Shown: positions 61,907 to 64,000 of the stretch, piece by piece
Layout: each line of letters begins with the position of its first letter
Position numbering within the stretch: position 1 is the first letter of the stretch
Origin: the human T2T-CHM13v2.0 reference genome, Homo sapiens
Reading direction: 5' to 3' (one strand)
Length of the DNA stretch: 64,000 nucleotides
Assembly (NCBI RefSeq): GCF_009914755.1
Contig: NC_060929.1
Program-made: the position numbers and the translations under genes
Notes under the pieces: generated by a model
What the model saw: the letters and a program-made list of their open reading frames with translations, nothing else
Told to the model about the DNA's origin: nothing
Databases searched by the model: none

Positions 61907-63295
61907 TTTTTTTTTTTCTCAGCTGGCCTTAGGCTTAATTTTTTTTTTATTTTTTTTTTTATTTTAAGTTTTAGGGTACATGTGCACAACATGCAGGTTT
62001 GTTACGTATGTATACATGTGCCATGCTGGTGTGCTGCACCCGTCAACTCATCGTTTACATTAGGTATCTCTCCTAATGCTATCCCTCCCCCCTCCCCCCA
62101 CCCCACAACAGGCCCTGGTGTGTGATGTTCCCCTTCCTGTGTCCATGTGCTCCCATTGTTCAATTCCCACCTATGAGTGAGAACATGTGGTGTTTGGTTT
62201 TTTGTCCTCGTGATAGTTTGCTGAGAATGATGGTTTCCAGCTTCATCCATGTCCCTACAAAGGACATGAACTCATCATTTTTTATGGCTGCATAGTATTC
62301 CAGGGTGTATATGTGCCACATTTTCCTAATCCAGTCTATCATTGTTGGACATTTGGGTTGGTTCCAAGTCTTTGCTATTGTGAATAGTGCTGCAGTAAAC
62401 ATACATGTGCATGTGTCTTTATAGCAGCATGATTTATAATCCTTTGGGTATATACCCAGTAATGGGATTGCTGGGTCAAATGGTATTTCTAGTTCTAGAT
62501 CCCTGAGGAATCGCCACACTGACTTCCACAATGGCTGAACTAGTTTACAGTCCCATCAACAGTGTAAAAGTGTTCCTATTTCTCCACATCCTCTCCAGCA
62601 CCTGTTGTTTCCTGACTTTTTAATGATTGCCATTCTAACTGGTGTGAGATGGCATCTCATTGTGGTTTTGATTTGCAGTTCTCTGATGGCCAGTGATGAT
62701 GTGCATTTTTTCATGTGTCTTTTGGCTGCATAAATATCTTCTTTTGAGAAGTGTCTGTTCATATCCTTTGCCCACTTGTTGATGGGGTTGTTTGTTTTTT
62801 TTCTTGTAAATTTGTTTGAGTTCATTGTAGATTCTGGATATTAGCCCTTTGTCAGATGAGTAGATTGCAAAAATATTCTCCCATTCTGTAGGTTGCCTGT
62901 TCACTCTGATGGTAGTTTCTTTTGCTGAGCAGAAGCTCTTTAGTTTAATTAGATCCCACTTGTCAATTCTGGCTTTTGTTGCCATTGCTTTTGGTGGTTT
63001 AGACATGAAGTCCTTGCCCATGCCTATGTCCTGAATGGTATTGCCTAGATTTTCTTCTAGGGTTTTTATGGTTTTAGGTCTAACATTTAAGTCTTTAATC
63101 CATCTTGAATTAATTTTATATGAGGTGTAAGGAAGGGATCCAGTTTCAGCTTTCTACACATGGCTAGCCAGTTTTCCCAGCACCATTTATTAAATAGGGA
63201 ATCCTTTCCCCATTTCTTGTTTTTGTCTGGTTTGTCAAAGATCAGATAGTTGTAGATATGTGGCATTATTTCTGAGGGCTCTGTTCCATTGGTCT
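61907..63295 (-). mobile_element. L1PA4-like LINE, 5'-truncated, with short 3' transduction
   Basis: ORF2 C-terminal fragments (62160-63021), L1PA4-type 3'UTR, two poly(T) tracts; TSD agaatcaacaactc (61893-61906) / agaatcaacaattc (63296-63309). Confidence 0.93.
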
Positions 63296-63680
63296 AGAAT
63301 CAACAATTCCAATGACGCATTTCTAATATACTGCTTTCCATAATCAACAGAACAAACAACAAAACCTAGTGGAGTCGCAGAAATTTGGAAAACACAGTTT
63401 AAAACACTTGATTTTATGCCATATAAAAACATGGATTCAACAATTGCAGAATGTGCATTCTTTCAAAATACACATGGAACATTTTCAAAAAATTTGACAC
63501 TGTACTGGACCAAGAATAATTCTGAACCAACTCCAAAGGATAGAAGTCATATAGAGCATGTTTTTTGACACAAAGCCATTAAGCAAGAAATCAAGTATAT
63601 ATAAGCATGTTTTTAAAAAATACTATTGAAATGATGGAATGTTCTAAAGAAATTAAAGAGGTGATTAAAATAAAAGAGAA
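63296..63680 (+). mobile_element. Old L1M ORF2 endonuclease-region fragment (host of the L1PA4; begins ~61860)
   Basis: aaggagaaattgaagaatcaacaat...caacaattgcagaatgtgcattctttcaaaatacacatggaacattttcaaaaa is a sense L1M EN region. Confidence 0.7.
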
Positions 63681-64000
63681 TAAGGCGGCTGTCTAGACAT
63701 TGCTGATATTCAGTGGTACCCATCTGCTAATTTTGCTTGGCATCTGTTCAAATTATTCAGTGCATTCTTACTGCCTGCTCAGGATCTGGGTCAGGCTGGT
63801 TGCTAATACTCTGAATATTACACCATCTTTACAAACTAACATGGGGGAAAATCCTTTTGGGCATGGCAGAAGGTTGGATAAAAAATAGCCACTTTGCAAA
63901 ACCCATGCCTGGAATGATTCTATTTTGTCAAAAAAAGGAGTATATGTATTCTTAAAACTAATGGTGAACATTATTTAATTGTACAAAGTGAGTATCTTAT

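Overview
This is repeat-dense (roughly two-thirds), AT-rich primate DNA, human or great-ape-like, from an intergenic or deep-intronic region. I see no intact host protein-coding gene, RNA gene or CRISPR array. Almost every ORF in the track is an L1 ORF1/ORF2 remnant or an Alu/LTR/antisense artefact. Main contents: (1) an ~11-kb nested stack, Tigger15-like > L1MB > L1MA3 > Alu/MER1B/L1PA6; (2) several very old CR1/L3 reverse-transcriptase fossils, one interrupted by a short twin-primed RPL17 retrocopy; (3) a full-length L1PA7-like element whose ORF1 is still open for 335 codons; (4) a two-LTR THE1D element; (5) an LTR9-family LTR whose octamer/CCAAT/TATA half was tandemly duplicated after insertion, next to a MER50 LTR; (6) two very young sister L1s sharing unusual 3'UTR variants; (7) short 3' transductions; (8) a tail-less internal L1 ORF2 patch. 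I do not see a new multi-gene system; the best leads are retrotransposition and repair footprints plus candidate regulatory or exonised elements. Subfamily names come from recalled consensus sequences, not a database search, and boundaries of old elements are approximate.
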